This document shows positions 1-13,964 of a DNA stretch of 64,000 nt, piece by piece. The translations under genes and the position numbers were made by a program. The notes beneath the pieces are model-generated. The model did no database searches. It worked only from the letters and a program-made list of their open reading frames with translations, and had not been told where the DNA came from. Positions within the stretch are counted from its first letter, which is position 1; every line of letters begins with the position of its first letter. Origin of the DNA: Nageia nagi (lineage: Eukaryota; Plantae; Pinophyta). The DNA lies in contig JBITNC010000001.1 in the NCBI GenBank assembly GCA_050084985.1, forward strand, positions 112,034,001 to 112,098,000. The letters are read 5' to 3'.

Positions 1-149
1 ATAGGATTTGACCCCTTGTACATACCATAAGGGTCAAATACATGGCCAACACCTTTTTTATACATTTTTAATCTCTTTTTAAATAATATATTATTAAAAC
101 ATTAAAATAATTTATTAAATATATAAAAGTTAATTCTGAGGTGTCTACA
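1..149. mobile_element. Right-hand end of a probable LTR (partial)
   Basis: Ends in GAGGTGTCTACA (149), the reverse complement of TGTAGACACCTC, a TG..CA-type LTR terminus. The rest lies outside the window. Confidence 0.4.
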
Positions 150-604
150 CTTCTCAATCATGAAAGTATAGTGGTATCAATCTATAAACATAGAAATTCT
201 TTCAAAATATAAAAGTATAGAGTTATTAATCTATGAACATTTTTAAATATAGAAGTATTCTTAGATTTTATACTCTCTCTTAAAAGTAACTTTCATTTAA
301 AAAAATTGTTACAATTACTAATCTTTACAAATGTAGAAAGGAACATACATTTCTCAAATGCACTTATAAACTTTTAATTATAAAATAAATATTTTTTATA
401 TGCAAAAGTAATCAATAGTGAATTATCTACACTAAAATAAGAATTTAGCAAATAAAAAATTCTCATACATAAAAAAATGCACATAAGTTATAATTTTATC
501 TATGGTTAAAAATAAATAATTATTAATAATTTAAATCTTTATTTAAAAATTGCATTAAAAAATTACACTATACTTTTAAAAAAATTTAAAACTTAAATTT
601 AATT

Positions 605-958
605 TAATAAAAATTAAAAAAGTTCACCTTTTTTTTAACTTATTAAAGATTCTCTTTTTTAAAAAAAAAAAAGATAAAAAGAACCTTTATTAAAGTTGCT
701 AAAATTAAAAAAAAAAAAAAACAACTCATTAAAAAAATTATAATGTTCACATTTCCTTTTTTTAACTCATTAAAGGTTCCCTCATTTTAAAAAAAAAAGA
801 ATAAAAGGATATCATATTAAAGATGCTAAAATTAAAAAAATTAACTCATTAAAAAATTAGAAAGTCCACTTTTTGTTTTTTTTTGAACTCATTAAATATT
901 TTCTTTAAAGAAAAGGATAAAAGGAGCTCATATTAAAGATGCTAAAATTAAGAAAGTA
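605..958. repeat. Degenerate ~120-bp AT-rich tandem repeat, ~3 copies
   Basis: Recurring blocks 'aactcattaaa...gataaaagg..ctcatattaaagatgctaaaattaa' at about 620-740, 740-860 and 860-958. Confidence 0.7.
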
Positions 959-1100
959 ACTTTTTTTCTTTTTCTTTAAAAATATTGTATTAAAAAAATT
1001 ATTTTTTACTTATTATTATTTAACAAAAAATAAAAAATTTGGTTTTTAAATAATAATAAAATACAATTTTTTTTAAATTAAAAGATAGAGAAATTTTTTT

Positions 1101-1101
<1 letters not shown>

Positions 1102-1144
<43 letters not shown>
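1102..1144. repeat. Compound (CA)n(TA)n microsatellite
   Basis: About 15 CA units followed by about 7 AT units. Confidence 0.95.
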
Positions 1145-1559
1145 TTCATCAAATTTTTTATATATAGAAAAGATTATAAGCTTTTGTAACATTACTTTTA
1201 CAAAAGAAATTTGTAACCTTTGTTAATATAGCAAGATAATATTTTAACTTTCTTGCTAAAACATAAATTTTACTACAAAAATAATAAATTATATTTTTGT
1301 AAGCTTGCAACCTAGTAATAAAAAATTAGAAGCACTATTTTTTTTAAGATCTTATGTTCTAATCATATACCATATGTTAGATTTAACTTCAATTATGACT
1401 GACATGTTACTAACATAAAAATGTTAGATCTTTGCTAATTACTTTAGCATAAATATGTTAGTATAGATATTAAATTTAAACCTTAAAATAAGAAATTGAA
1501 ATATATTAACCATTAAAGTTTCAAATAAAATAACATTGAAACAAGTTTAGAGGTTATAT

Positions 1560-2107
1560 ATACCTTAAATTTGAGAAGAGTTATCTCAAACTTATCAAGT
1601 AGAAATTTGAAGAGATTACCATAAGAATGGCTCTAATACCATTTGATAGAATTAAATGATTCCATAAACCAAGATCACTTTGAAGCTTTTTCAAGAAATT
1701 TAACATTGATACTTCTAAGAAAGTAATAATCAATCACACAAAAATAACATATCATGTATATGGGTCTTCTATCTCTTGGGAGTATATCCATTTTGAATCA
1801 TCATTTAATTACTTCTCACAAGATAACTCTCTTACAAATTCTTAAATGTTTTTCTACAAAGCTTTTACAAGAGTATCTCTATAAGACAAGGTATTACCAT
1901 GTTTCATTAAATTTCATACTGAGAGGGGTACCTCTCTATTTAATAGAAAAAATCCATCCTTTAACCATTCTTTTACCTAAGGGTAAGGTTAAATGTGATT
2001 CCATATTTATTCTCTTAATATTTTAAGATATCTAAATATACTTTAAGTGTTAAATAAATTTAAATTAAAGAGAAATATTACACAATATTACATTATAATT
2101 TCTAATA
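1560..2107 (-). mobile_element. Truncated Ty1/copia-like element: 5' LTR (~1644-2107), PBS and gag start
   Basis: GGCTCTAATACCA at 1629-1641 is the reverse complement of TGGTATTAGAGCC (tRNA-iMet PBS, one mismatch) and lies next to the TG at 1644. The minus strand downstream reads LDKFE..LLKFK, like the copia gag N-terminus. The far LTR end is approximate. Confidence 0.5.
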
Positions 2108-3116
2108 GAGAGATTATGTGTGAGTAGTCTTGAGTGACTAATCCATGCTGCCACTATTCAAAGGCATCACCCTCAAAGTGTAATGATGAAAAATGTATTG
2201 CATTCTCCTCTACCATATTTAGATTCAAGGTGAAGTATGTATGTAGTTGATGTATCCAATCCCTTTCCATCATTGTCTTATCGTCATATGGTGATACCTA
2301 TATCTTATTAATTTTTTTTTCTAGGTCCCTCTTGTCTCCCTATAAGTTGCTCTAGGTATGTTCATCATTTGAGATTCTTCCTTTTATCCCTAAGATTTCT
2401 TGGTGCTTTTTGAAGTTCATGTCTCTTCTCAACCCTCGATCCAACATGAATTACTCATTAAAAATTTGATTAAGCTCCATATGGAAAAGAACTCAACTCT
2501 TTTCCTCATGTATGGACTTCTTGGTAAACATGGGTTAAAATGGGTTGCAAATAATGGGCTGCTCTACTATCTTCCTAATGTCATCACTTAGGAATCTCCC
2601 TAAGAGAGGTTTAGCTCCTTATGGAGCTCTATAAGAGTGAGATCCCAAAAACATGGGTTTTTGATGACCCATGGACCCATGATGAGTGGATCATCTATAT
2701 CTCAATCTATAGGATCTCCTAAAATTTAGCTCCCTCTCTACCCTATCCTACTCCTAAATCTCTTCTTCTTCATCGGGTATAGGACATGGGGGGTCATGTA
2801 CCTTTATGGCACCTCTTGACATCCAATATATCTATGAATGGTGGTTAATTATTTGTACATGGTGGTGATGACACTTGTCATGCTATGAATGGCTAATATG
2901 AGCTCATTAAATATCCTCTCAGATGTGGACTCCCTAGCCAAAGTAAGGCTTCTCTTCTTGGCGAATGTGGTTCTCCCCCTTTTTGCCTCATTCTCCTCAT
3001 GAGAATCATTCTCATTAAAGACTTCATTTATCCATGATTGATAATTCTCATCTTGGATGGCTCTAGAATGAGTCTCTTCATGTTGTGACCCTTTTGCTCT
3101 TCCTTGTGTATTCCAT
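2108..3116 (-). pseudogene. gag: Degenerate Ty3/gypsy gag (Retrotrans_gag), 3'-truncated
   Basis: Minus strand 2140-2265 reads RDWIHQLHTYFTLNLNMVEENAIHFSSLHFEGDAFE*WQHG, a typical gypsy capsid motif. Contains stops. Confidence 0.75.
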
Positions 3117-3187
3117 CTTTTTAATATTGTTACACCTAGTGTATTAGTAGTGAACTATAAGTATCATTGATAGGTTAGCTAGATCTA

Positions 3188-5054
3188 AGCTCTAATATCG
3201 CTATAGAATTCCAAATACAATTTTACATGCAATTAAGTAAATTAAATTGAACAAACACCCATGTTTAGACTATATGGGCATAAACAATCATTCAATACCT
3301 CAGTATGCTAATGTCAAGGTTAGGGCATCTAATAGAAGTTTATACAACATAATAATACCAACATCTAGCTATAATTGCATGAAAGGAAAAATATACCACA
3401 ACATTACAAACATAGACAATTGGATAACATAGATATGAGATCTAATAGCCAATAACTTGTATTAGGATATATGATGAAACAAGATACAATACCATGTCCA
3501 AAGGTCTTATTGTTGGCCTTCAAGGAGCTAACTAGGGCATAACAAATATCCTTAAAGTTGGAGAATGGGATAACCTCACTCCCTTATAATCTGAATCCTT
3601 TCCACCAAAGGAACCCTTTTCAAACCCTAGTGACCAACTAAATGGTAGAAGTGTTACCTCCAAATACCACTAGATGGGCTAGGGTGTTACACCAAAATTG
3701 TATATTAATAGGATGCCTTAGCCTCTCAACCCTTCTAGATACTGCACCTAGGTATATTGCTTGATGTTGTGTCAAGACTTCTATCCTTTGGATGGTAAGT
3801 GTATAACTAACAATTTGTATATCTAAAAAAGATGTTCCAAGGGATAATATAGCTTTCTTGGATCTGAATCTCACATCAAATTCATCACTCAATCCCCTCA
3901 ACCCCAATGATGGAACCAAGAAGAGATCATGCAAAAGAGAAAATCAAAGCCTCTTGTATATGGATTTATATTCTGCAACATTCCAATGATTCCTAGGATA
4001 GGAAAAGATGATAGAGTGGTAAATGAGAATGATAAATCTTATTGGGAATGTATTAAGGGATACCTCCTATAGCATACTAGAAAAAATCTCATAAGTGGTA
4101 GTGATACTCTAAGGGAAATAGAGTATATTAGTGTTGTTAGCTAGAAGCAAATAGAGTTAAGTGATATTCTACTTAGAATCCTCAATGTTAAAATGATAGT
4201 GGGATGAAAAATGCTAGAAGGGATCAAAGAAGTGATTAAGTTTAGGGGTGGAGGTGTTGGGGGGATTCACTAAGAGAATAAAGGATAGAGTTGCATGGTC
4301 TACAAGGGAAAAGCAATGTGAAAGAGTAAGATGTTGAACAGGAGGAATAAAATGTAAGATAATTAATACATAGTCTACCACACTCTCTCTTCCAATTTAA
4401 GGAAAATAGGTGAATATATTAGAAGAAGTAAGATATGAAATTCCATTAAGAATAAAGATACCATATGAATCACCAAGATGAAGGATATATCAACCATATG
4501 CTCTAACAAAAGCATTCCTATCTAGTGAAGTTCTTTGTATGCTAAAGTCACAAAGGTCATGCTCTCATATACAAAGGGAATCATCCTCAAGCTCATGTAT
4601 AGGTATCATAAAATCCATAATCCAAGCATTGAAATTGCATAAAAAGGATGATATATCCTAAACAGGAATAATGTCTTATATCTATGAAGGTATCTTCATC
4701 TAAATGAAGAGAAAAGGGTGATGAGGATAGTGGAAACTAACACACAACAAATAAGATATTTTTGTAGGGAGGACCACATAGAAAGTATATCCATAGGTAT
4801 CATGCATGAGTGTCTACTGATAATAATGATAGGCAAGATTGAATACCTTATTGAATGATATATGCTATGCTTGTGAATCTATAAACTCCTCTTGAGAACT
4901 TAGTATCATGTATGAAAGAATAAATCTAGTAGTACTCTAATATGCTAGGTTGTTCCTACTCAACAATTTCAAGAATCTTAGTAAAGTAGATAAGGTTATA
5001 TGATGAGATTACATCCTAGAAAGTACCAAAGAAAAATAACATTGGAACATTACA
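3188..5054 (-). mobile_element. PBS remnant (3188-3200) and ~1.85-kb 5' LTR (3202-5054) of the minus-strand gypsy element
   Basis: AGCTCTAATATCG is a decayed reverse complement of TGGTATCAGAGCT. The LTR is bounded by TATAGAATTCC (3202) and GGAACATTACA (5054), which form an imperfect terminal inverted repeat. Confidence 0.6.
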
Positions 5055-6112
5055 ATTTTAACAAGCAATGTTGATCTCATTGATATTTACTAAGATTTAG
5101 AAGTTCACTTTAATTTGATCTACCAGGGGTATGAAAACCAAGAGGGAGGTCTATCATGAATCACTACTCTAAAATCATATAACAACAACTAGATCTTTAT
5201 CCTTGTGTATCTCTTGTATTTGATGTCAAGTGCGATCTTCATATAGGTAAATTTTGTATTGGAGAAGTAGCAATTTTGTTTTAGCTCATAAGGCTTAGGC
5301 CATCATTTTTTATTTTGAATATGATAACTAGACTCTCATTAGGTGTTGTCCAAATTTCTTGAGGGTAATGATTTTTAGGTATAGAGTATCATGATTGAAT
5401 GTGTGGCTAGCCTATAATGGATTTTTAGTTTTGGAGATATCGCAAACTCAAAGGTTGAGTTCCTTACTATAGTCAAGCTTTTCTTTTGTAAATTTGGCTT
5501 ATACATCCAATTCAAAAATGAGGGGTGTCTTGTTATGCATGGCTACTTGAACCCATGAACTATTTTCTCCTCTTTGATTTGTATAGATTATTATCTAATA
5601 GTGGTTTCCCATTTAATTTGTTCATGCTATGTGAGAATTGCTTATTATTTATCTTTAAGTTTATTAACAACTTCTCATAGTTGTAATTCTAGATATGAAG
5701 TTGTATCAAAAGGAATGATTTGGGAGTATTCAAATCATTTAGTTGTATTCTTTAGCTCTAGAATGAATGAGTAATTTTCTTGTGACTATTGTTATAGTAA
5801 ATAAAATATTTTCTATGAGCCAATAATAATATTTTCTAAATATAAGACATATTGGTCAACTTGTAAGTTAATGATGTTTCTTTTATCTTCCAAATGAGGG
5901 GTATATTCAAATTATGTAGTGATGGTATTATTTTTCTCTAAGACTATAAGATATATCTCCAAGAATCTCTTCTCAAGAATATATCTAATTTTTATTGAAA
6001 CAAGTCTATCCTTCATTGGAGATCTTCATTTTTAGTATACAAATCTTTTACCAACTAAATTTACTTTGTTTTGGAGATCATATAGGTTCAAGAATCATTT
6101 GTATTCAAAATT

Positions 6113-6255
6113 AGGTTGCATGCAACAAATCAAGCCTATCAAGGATGCATGCAAATATATCAAGGTGCATGTAGTTGGATATGCGTATATGTAGATGGAT
6201 CAAACTTTCCATGGATGCATGCAGATAGATAAAGGTGCATGTAGATGCATATATA
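6113..6255. repeat. Short degenerate repeat cluster (GGTGCATGTAGAT-like)
   Basis: About 7 occurrences of (g/a)tgcatg(c/t)a(g/a)at, flanked by a direct repeat ttttagtatacaaatcttt (~6030 and ~6283). Confidence 0.5.
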
Positions 6256-7512
6256 GGAACAATTATAAGGATACAAATTTCTTTTAGTATACAAATCTTT
6301 GAAATTAGTTTTTTCTTAATAGTGAAGAGATGAATTCTTCAAAAATTAATTCAACTTTTTATTTCCCCATTAATGAAAATGATGGTTCTCCTTTTATAAA
6401 ATGATAATGATTTGGAGTTGCAAAGAATAGAAAAAGAAAAATAGGAAGAACATGATGTAATGAACCTTTTTGAACTATGAAGTTTTATTCAGCATTCCAA
6501 GGTGAATTATGGTCATAACATAGAATCTTGATATCTTGATAAAGATACCTCTAACTTTAGTAGCATGTGAGAATGTGTAATTACTTGACTTGTGGAAAAA
6601 GACTAGAGACTTATACCAAAAATGTTACAATAATAGTGAACCCCAAATTTAACTAAAGTGATGGATGTGAGAATGATCAATTAAAAAATAATCCCTTAAA
6701 GCAAATTTTCTATTTTTTACAAATATCAGTTGTGAACATGTCAATGCCAACTTATATGAATGGAAATATATGATAGGAAATCACTCAATAAGAACCTATT
6801 GATTAGGAAGTAAGTAAAAAAATCTAAAATTTTATTTTTAATTTTTAAAATTAATTTTCTTTCAAAATTATTAAGTTGCAAAAAAACAATTCAAAGACAA
6901 ATTTATCACAAACAATTTACTATAATATTACATTGCAATATTGCTTTCAACCTAAATAATATCTAAGTTTTAAGGAATCATTTTTGCAACTTTAAATGTT
7001 TTATATGTTAATTATTTAGGAAATTATTTATGTTTTATTAATTATTTTTTTCTTTTACATTTTTTCAAGGTTTTGAAAAAAGGCTTAAAATATTAATTAT
7101 GTGTATTTAGGTTTTTTAACTAAAATTTTATGTATAGTTTTATCAATCACAATGAGCATCAATCATGTATAGTTTTAGGTCTTTTTAACTAAAATTTCAT
7201 GTATATTTTTACCAATCACAATTTTGGTGTTACTTTCTATTTATTTTTAAATTTCAAAAAAGAAAGGATAATTATTTTATATTGACAAAAATTACATTCT
7301 TAAAAATTTGTGAGTTTATTTACATTTTAATGGGAAACTTTTTCATGATGTGTATGTTCTTGAAGATTTTTATTATACCATGAAGGTTTAATACTATATG
7401 TTAACTTTTTGTTATATTATTTTAAGAATACTCGTATGTATATGAAATTTTATTATTTATGATCAATGCATATTTTTTTGAGGAATGTATATTATGATAA
7501 CCTTGAAGGGTA

Positions 7513-10383
7513 TGTTAGAGTATATTATACTTAGGTATAATATTTGCTTATGTCCCCTAGGATTATTTTATTCTTTATTCTTATGTTTAAATATTTGTTA
7601 GTTTGCCATGTTTATCTCGTAACAAATATTTTTCATCTTGTGGATGTTATCCTCATGCATGGTTATCATGCATTTGTCTAGTAAATTATACTTTAACCTA
7701 TTTATTTGGGCTATCATTCATTGTATAATATCAATTAATTCTATTTCCTTTCATGGTATTAGAGTTATCTAGTCTCATAACCTATCCTCAAATTTTATTT
7801 AACAAATCTATGAGGGTGGATTGGCCTCCTTGAGCTAATTCCCCCATAAGCTCCATTTTTTGTTGCATTCATTTTTATGGTAGGTGACATGTGTTTTATC
7901 TTTGTCTACATAGCTTGTAGTGTGGATTTCTAGAGGTCATTTGTGATGTTTTAGAGGCTTCATTGTGAGCTCTTTATTTTATATCTATTCCTATCACTAT
8001 TGGAGATTGGCATTACCCTTCTTTTTGATATAATCTAATGGTTGAAGGTGGGTCTATTTATGTTATCCTCCTAGTCTAATCATGTGAAGATATCATTGGA
8101 GAAGTAAATTTGTTGTTGCATTAGTATGGTGATGTGTAGTCTCTGGTGGATCATGCCTCTACCAATCCATTATCTTGGCATATTACATCTCATAATTTTA
8201 AGGATGCTTAGGGCATATTAGATTTAAAGGAACACATTTCCTCCTTCTAAATCATATGCTATAGGATTTTTAATTATGGATATATTCTTTGGCATTATGT
8301 TACATTATACTATGGTGGACATCTTTGAAACCTATGGACATCTAATTCAGGTGTTCTATTAATAGAGGGTATGCCTAGGGCTTACAAACTCTCTCTTCTA
8401 CTATAGGTAGGCTTCCATCCATTCTACTATTGTACTCTTCTCTTGTCACCTATGATGTGTTGCTATCATGACTTGTGCCTTGGATGTCCCCATAGTTTTT
8501 ATTTGGATGACTTCTTTTCTTCATGTTTGGCATCTCTTGGTAGCTCACATGGGCCTTGTCCATCCTAACACACCTCATGATCCTCTCCCTTTTGGCCTAC
8601 ATTAGCTTCTACTATGTAGATCTCTATAGTGCATGCTCCTTTGATTTGTGGGCTCCTTGCTATAGTGTAGACCTCACCTCATATGTACCTCATGTTGCTT
8701 CTATTTTTAGTAGGTTTCATATTGATAATTCACTCCTGTTGATTGGATCAATGACTTGCATGAATCTCTATGTTTCCCTATTGATGGTACTACCCATTTA
8801 TCATTTTTGGCATTTAAATTTAATAGTTTTCCACTTTGATGGAATTTTGGCCATAATGGATGCATCCAAGGTCTAATCATCATTCTATCACCAATTCTAG
8901 GTTCTTCATTCCACCTAAGTCATTTTGAGTAGCTGCATGACCCATTTTACCTTACCAATCATCCCAAAATCATAATTTAATGTCTTGAATTTAATTAAAT
9001 TCATAGTTTTAATTTAATTAAATTTTTTTAAAGTTTGGGGCCTAAAAATTTAAATTTTTACCCCAAATTGAATTAATTCCATAACTTTTACAAATGGACT
9101 CTATCTTTAGTGTGATTTTTTGCATTATAGAGCAAAATTTGGGTTTTTCTAGAGAACATGGTTGTAATCCTAATCTATAAAGGTATTTTTTATGGGGATG
9201 ATATTTTTTTGTAGTTTTTTACTACCTTATTTGGTACCTTCATAAGTCACATAGCCCAATTCATGGTTTCTACCTTTTTCCTTAAGGTAGCTTAATTGAG
9301 TCCTTCATGGATCTTATGGTGGTGTTCAAATTAATTTATCTTATGACTTTCCATTTCTCCTCATTAGCATTAAGGGGGTAGTGTCAACTGCTAATGGTTC
9401 CTTTGATCTTGCTACACTCACAACTCTCTTGGTAGAATTGGATCTCTGTCTCTTGTGGGTTTTACTGTAATTCCTTAAGAACCCTCATTGAGTTACATGA
9501 AAGCATGTTTAGAAGCAATCTCTTTTTTATGGTTCTCAACATACAGGTTCCAAGATTGGTTTGCTAATAGCATGTGATTTCTTCTTTGCATATGGGCTCC
9601 TAGCTTGGCTCTCTAATGACCTATGCTCTTTATTATCCATGGCACATGGGCTACTCACTGGTCTCTTGGCTTGACTCTCTAATGATATATGCATGATATA
9701 TATGCTATGTTTAATTCTTATGTTCTATGAGCTACATTATCGATACACTTCTCAAAGTGGAGTTCGAGCCCTATTTTTAGGTTAAGGGAATCTCTTTGTT
9801 GATGTTGATTGAGTAGTTTTGTTTGGATCACTCTTGCATATTGGTAACTCTTTTATCTTATTTTCTTTAGAGGTTCTTCAACTTTTGGCTTACATTTTTT
9901 CATTAGCATCAATATTTTCACATCACTATACTGGATTTAGTGAGCATGATTTCTTGATTGGTGATGGAAGTTATCCACCTTACTTTTCTTTCTCTCTTTT
10001 AGGGGGAGTTTTTCCTATGGATGTTCTCCTTTGCTCTAATTGTGAGAGAGTTTTTATACATGACGAACTAATCAGGCCTTGTTTCTAGAACTCATATTTA
10101 TGGGTGTGCCACTCTTTCATGTCTTAGTATCACTTAAGGGGGGGTGTTAGAGTATATTATCTTAGGTATGATATTTTCTTAAGTTCTTTAGGAGTATTTT
10201 ATTATTTATTATTAGGTTTAATTATTTGTTAGTTTGTTATGATATATCATAACAAATATTTTTTATCTTGTGGACTTTATCCTCATGCATGGTTATCATG
10301 CATTTTTCCACTTGCTTGTACCTTTTGCTATTTATTTGGGCTCCCCTTCATTGTATAAAATCAATTCATTATATTTCCTTTTA
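7513..10383 (+). mobile_element. Complete non-autonomous LTR retrotransposon (2.87 kb) with ~240-bp LTRs
   Basis: 5' LTR 7513-7753 (TGTTAGAG...TTTCA). PBS TGGTATTAGAG at 7754. PPT AAGGGGGGG at 10136-10144. 3' LTR 10145-10383. TSD GGGTA at 7508-7512 and 10384-10388. No recognisable gag/pol motif inside. Confidence 0.93.
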
Positions 10384-11699
10384 GGGTAATTATTGTGATT
10401 GATGCTAAAAACATTCTATGATGCCATACATGACATTTATGATGTATTTATATATTTTTAAACTAAAATTTATGTATTTTATTACGATATTTTAAATATT
10501 AATGGGTTATATTTAAAGTTATTATTATTTTTAAAGGTTTCAAATTTATTTTTATTCTATATTATCACTCATTTTGTTGTGATTTGATGTCATCTTCTTA
10601 TTGTATTAAAAATAATTGGAAAAGTTCCCAAGTAAAGATTAATGGGAGTGTTCAAAATGTATGCTTTACATATATTTTTAGTATTATTTGATATTGAGTG
10701 TTGTGATGTAAATAATGCAAGTAAGATTAAAGGAATTTGTTAAAACATTGACTAGGAGGTACATATTTACATAATTGTTTTTGGTAGTTAAAAGAACTTT
10801 GTATTACTTAAAAACATGTAATATATAATACAACAATTACCACATAGTGTTTAAGATTATAGCTTCATGTTCCATGAGGAAGAACTATACTGAATTAAGG
10901 ATTTGGCCAAGCTTGACAAAGGGAACTAAAAATAATAATGCTCAGGAATGAGGTAGGGTGGCATTACATTATTCATCGATGCACAAGGATCAATACCTAC
11001 ATACCTTACATTTGGTGTAGATCTAGGCTAGGAGAAAAGCTTAATTTGGTCTGTCAGCTTACACCATTACTTATGCTCAATATAAGCATCAAGGTCATCT
11101 CCTATTGAAGAAATTATCAATTAGACTAAGGCTAGTGAGTCCACTCCTATAAACGATTATCCATAAGTAAACCTAGATCAATTAGTGAGGACCATGTCTT
11201 GATACAACTTCACTAGAAATGGAAGCCTCCCAAATGTTTCACAATTAGACATCTAGTTCCTTCCATATCCTATCTTTAGGAGATTGAGTTCTTATAAATA
11301 TATGATTATTACATTCAAGCCAAAGACTCCACATTAACATGGCTAGGGAGGCATTCCAAATTAGCAAAAGAACATTATGGGATTTGGGAGGAATCTAGGA
11401 TCGAATCATGTCACCAATTATCAATGGAAGAGACCATTAATGGAGAAAGTAGCAAAGAGCTTATTCTATAGAGATTGGGTGTATGGAAAATGTAGTTGAA
11501 CATGGTGTCTTATTTATAGATTTTCACCACACATGACACACAATAAAATGTTAGGCCATCCCCAACTATGCAACTATTCATCGAAGCAAATCTTGTTATG
11601 GACTACAGTCCAAACAAAATATTTACCCTTAGATGAAGCTTTAGAGGACCAAACTCTTTTCAATACTATTAAGGGAAATTTTGGGATTGGGGTGAAACT

Positions 11700-12718
11700 A
11701 AGAAGTTAGGTCCACTTAAAGGGGAAGTTGGAAAAATTAGTGGAGCTAAAATTCAATGTCAAAAATATCAAGATCTCTATTTAGGTTCAAGATCCCAATA
11801 AATATTAGGATCATAATATTTAAAGCTAAAATACCTAAACATATTGGGATCCCAATATTTGAATCTTTGATTTTGGCTCATATTTAGGCTCAAAAAAGGC
11901 TTTGTGAGCTAACACTTAGCCTTGGAATTGCAAGTATATGTTCATGGTAATTTTAATGGAAAATCTTAACCTCAGGCATATGTTTGATAGAGTGTTTGGT
12001 TGAATTTTTTCATGAAATTAAACCCCATTATAGATTAAAGAGTTTAGAATTCAAATATGCAATACTTTCTATTATTAGATAAGATTTTATAGTTTTTAAT
12101 TACTTTTTAGTAAAAGTGGTACACATACTTGAAATATGAGGGTCTCATATTTTCTTAATAAGTTTTTTTTGGGAGTTATGAAAAAAACATTATATGGAGA
12201 CAAGCTTCATAGAATTCTCTATAAGAATTTTTTTTTTGAAAAAAGATTAAGTTTAGATCAAATTAAGGTGGATTTACATGAGTACTTTTTGAAACCACAA
12301 ATATTCTTAGTACAAAATTAATAAAAAATAATATATTGATCCAAAAATTATGGAAAAATATTGAAGACAAGCTCCAATGTGTTAGGTATGTTTTTATAAA
12401 AGAATTTTAAAAAATACCATTAATTTAGTCAAATTATTATGGCCAAACACATGGATGATATAGTCCAAAAATATTTTTTTAAAAGTTGGTTTTTGTTCAT
12501 CCTATCTAAATTTACATTCTATCATCTAGGTATTGGAAAAAATTATATATTTGAAAACTAGACTTTGAGAACTACATTTTCACCTTATTGAACTATTTCA
12601 TGATTCCATATGTAAGTTCTTAAAATTTTGAGATCAATCATACACAATTTTGAAAATCATAGAAAACATTTCCACTTTTTGGTTGTAAAGTGGACCCAAC
12701 TTCTTGCACCCATCCATA
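11700..12718. mobile_element. Non-coding ~1-kb TIR element inserted in the LINE
   Basis: AAGAAGTTAGGTCCACTT (11700-11717) and AAGTGGACCCAACTTCTT (12688-12705) are inverted repeats (17/18). LINE ORF2 motifs resume on both sides. Exact ends and TSD not resolved. Confidence 0.6.
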
Positions 12719-13964
12719 ATATAGGAAGGCAAAGCTTTAAAGCTAGAATAAAAAATATAAATTCCTAATGGAGTTTGAGTCCAAGTGACATGATCCTCTT
12801 TTTCAAGCTTGAACTAGTAAAGAAAATTGAGGGACTATAGTTCTTTCCATTCAGATTGAAGATCATGGGGAATAGTTTCTAGTTAACATAAACCTTTTTG
12901 CATGAGCCATCATCATAGGACCAATACTGATAATCTCTAACTAAATATCCCCATTTGTAGGAAAGGAAATCCTTCAATGCTAGGAAATTTTTTGAGGAAG
13001 AGAGGGGATAGAACAGAAACTAGTAATTAATTCAAATATTAATTTTGCTACCATCTATTGGTACCCATTTCATGTATCGAACAATGTGAGGTATTACCTT
13101 GGGAAGGTCATTCAATACCATAGACCCATAAGAGAGTTACAACTATAAATACATGTTCAAGTTGATTTAAATATAAATATTTAGTTATAAGGGCCTTTCT
13201 CTAGGGGGATTTATGGTCCAAGTATACATGCCACACTAGCATACCCAATAAGGTTATATTCATAATACATAAGGGTCTGATGCCTATCTAACCTTTGTTG
13301 ACATTCAAATAGACCACATCCAAAGTGATGAGGTTGATTTACTTTTTCTTTGAGTTTTCACTCCATATGAATTCTCATATAACTTATTCCACTTCTAAGA
13401 TAATCTTTGAAGGTAGGCAAAAGACACCAATCTAGATTATTGGCATGGTGCTTAAGATGTGTTTAACCTTAGATAAATGAACAGCCTAAGATAACCATTT
13501 TATTTTCTAGTTTTCCTTTTTTAGGGAGAATGTTACCTTCATTTTTCCTAAAAGTCTCCAACATGGCCCCCTTGGAACAAAGGAAGGCTTGTATATGAGC
13601 TTGGAATGTTATCAACAATTATTGTCATCAAGTGAGATATAACTCTCAATAAATAATGTAGGGTGTTAAGACCAAAGATTATTTATTTATCATAATTCAC
13701 TACTTACCTTAAGGAAACCTAATAAATGTTGAATAAAGATTTAATCTTTTAGATCCCTTGAATTTAGGGTATGCAATAAGGAGTGTATCATCAGCAAGTT
13801 TGGAGTGAGTCAATGGAGGGCATAATGTGGTAATGTGCAAACCCTTGATCTTAAATGTTTCTTGGATATGTTTCATACCTTGACCCAAAGATTTAGAGAG
13901 GGTCACCTTGGCAAATTTATTGAGAGCTTTTGAAGAAGCCTCTAGTGCTACCATTGATGAGAAC

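Noticed and set aside
172-180. TGGTATCAA as a PBS
   Set aside because: Only 8 nt match, and it is more than 20 nt from the putative LTR end at 149.
8556-10088. Hydrophobic ORFs 8556-8876 and 9819-10088 as membrane proteins
   Set aside because: Non-ATG starts, T-rich compositional bias and no motif. Probably chance ORFs inside the LTR element.
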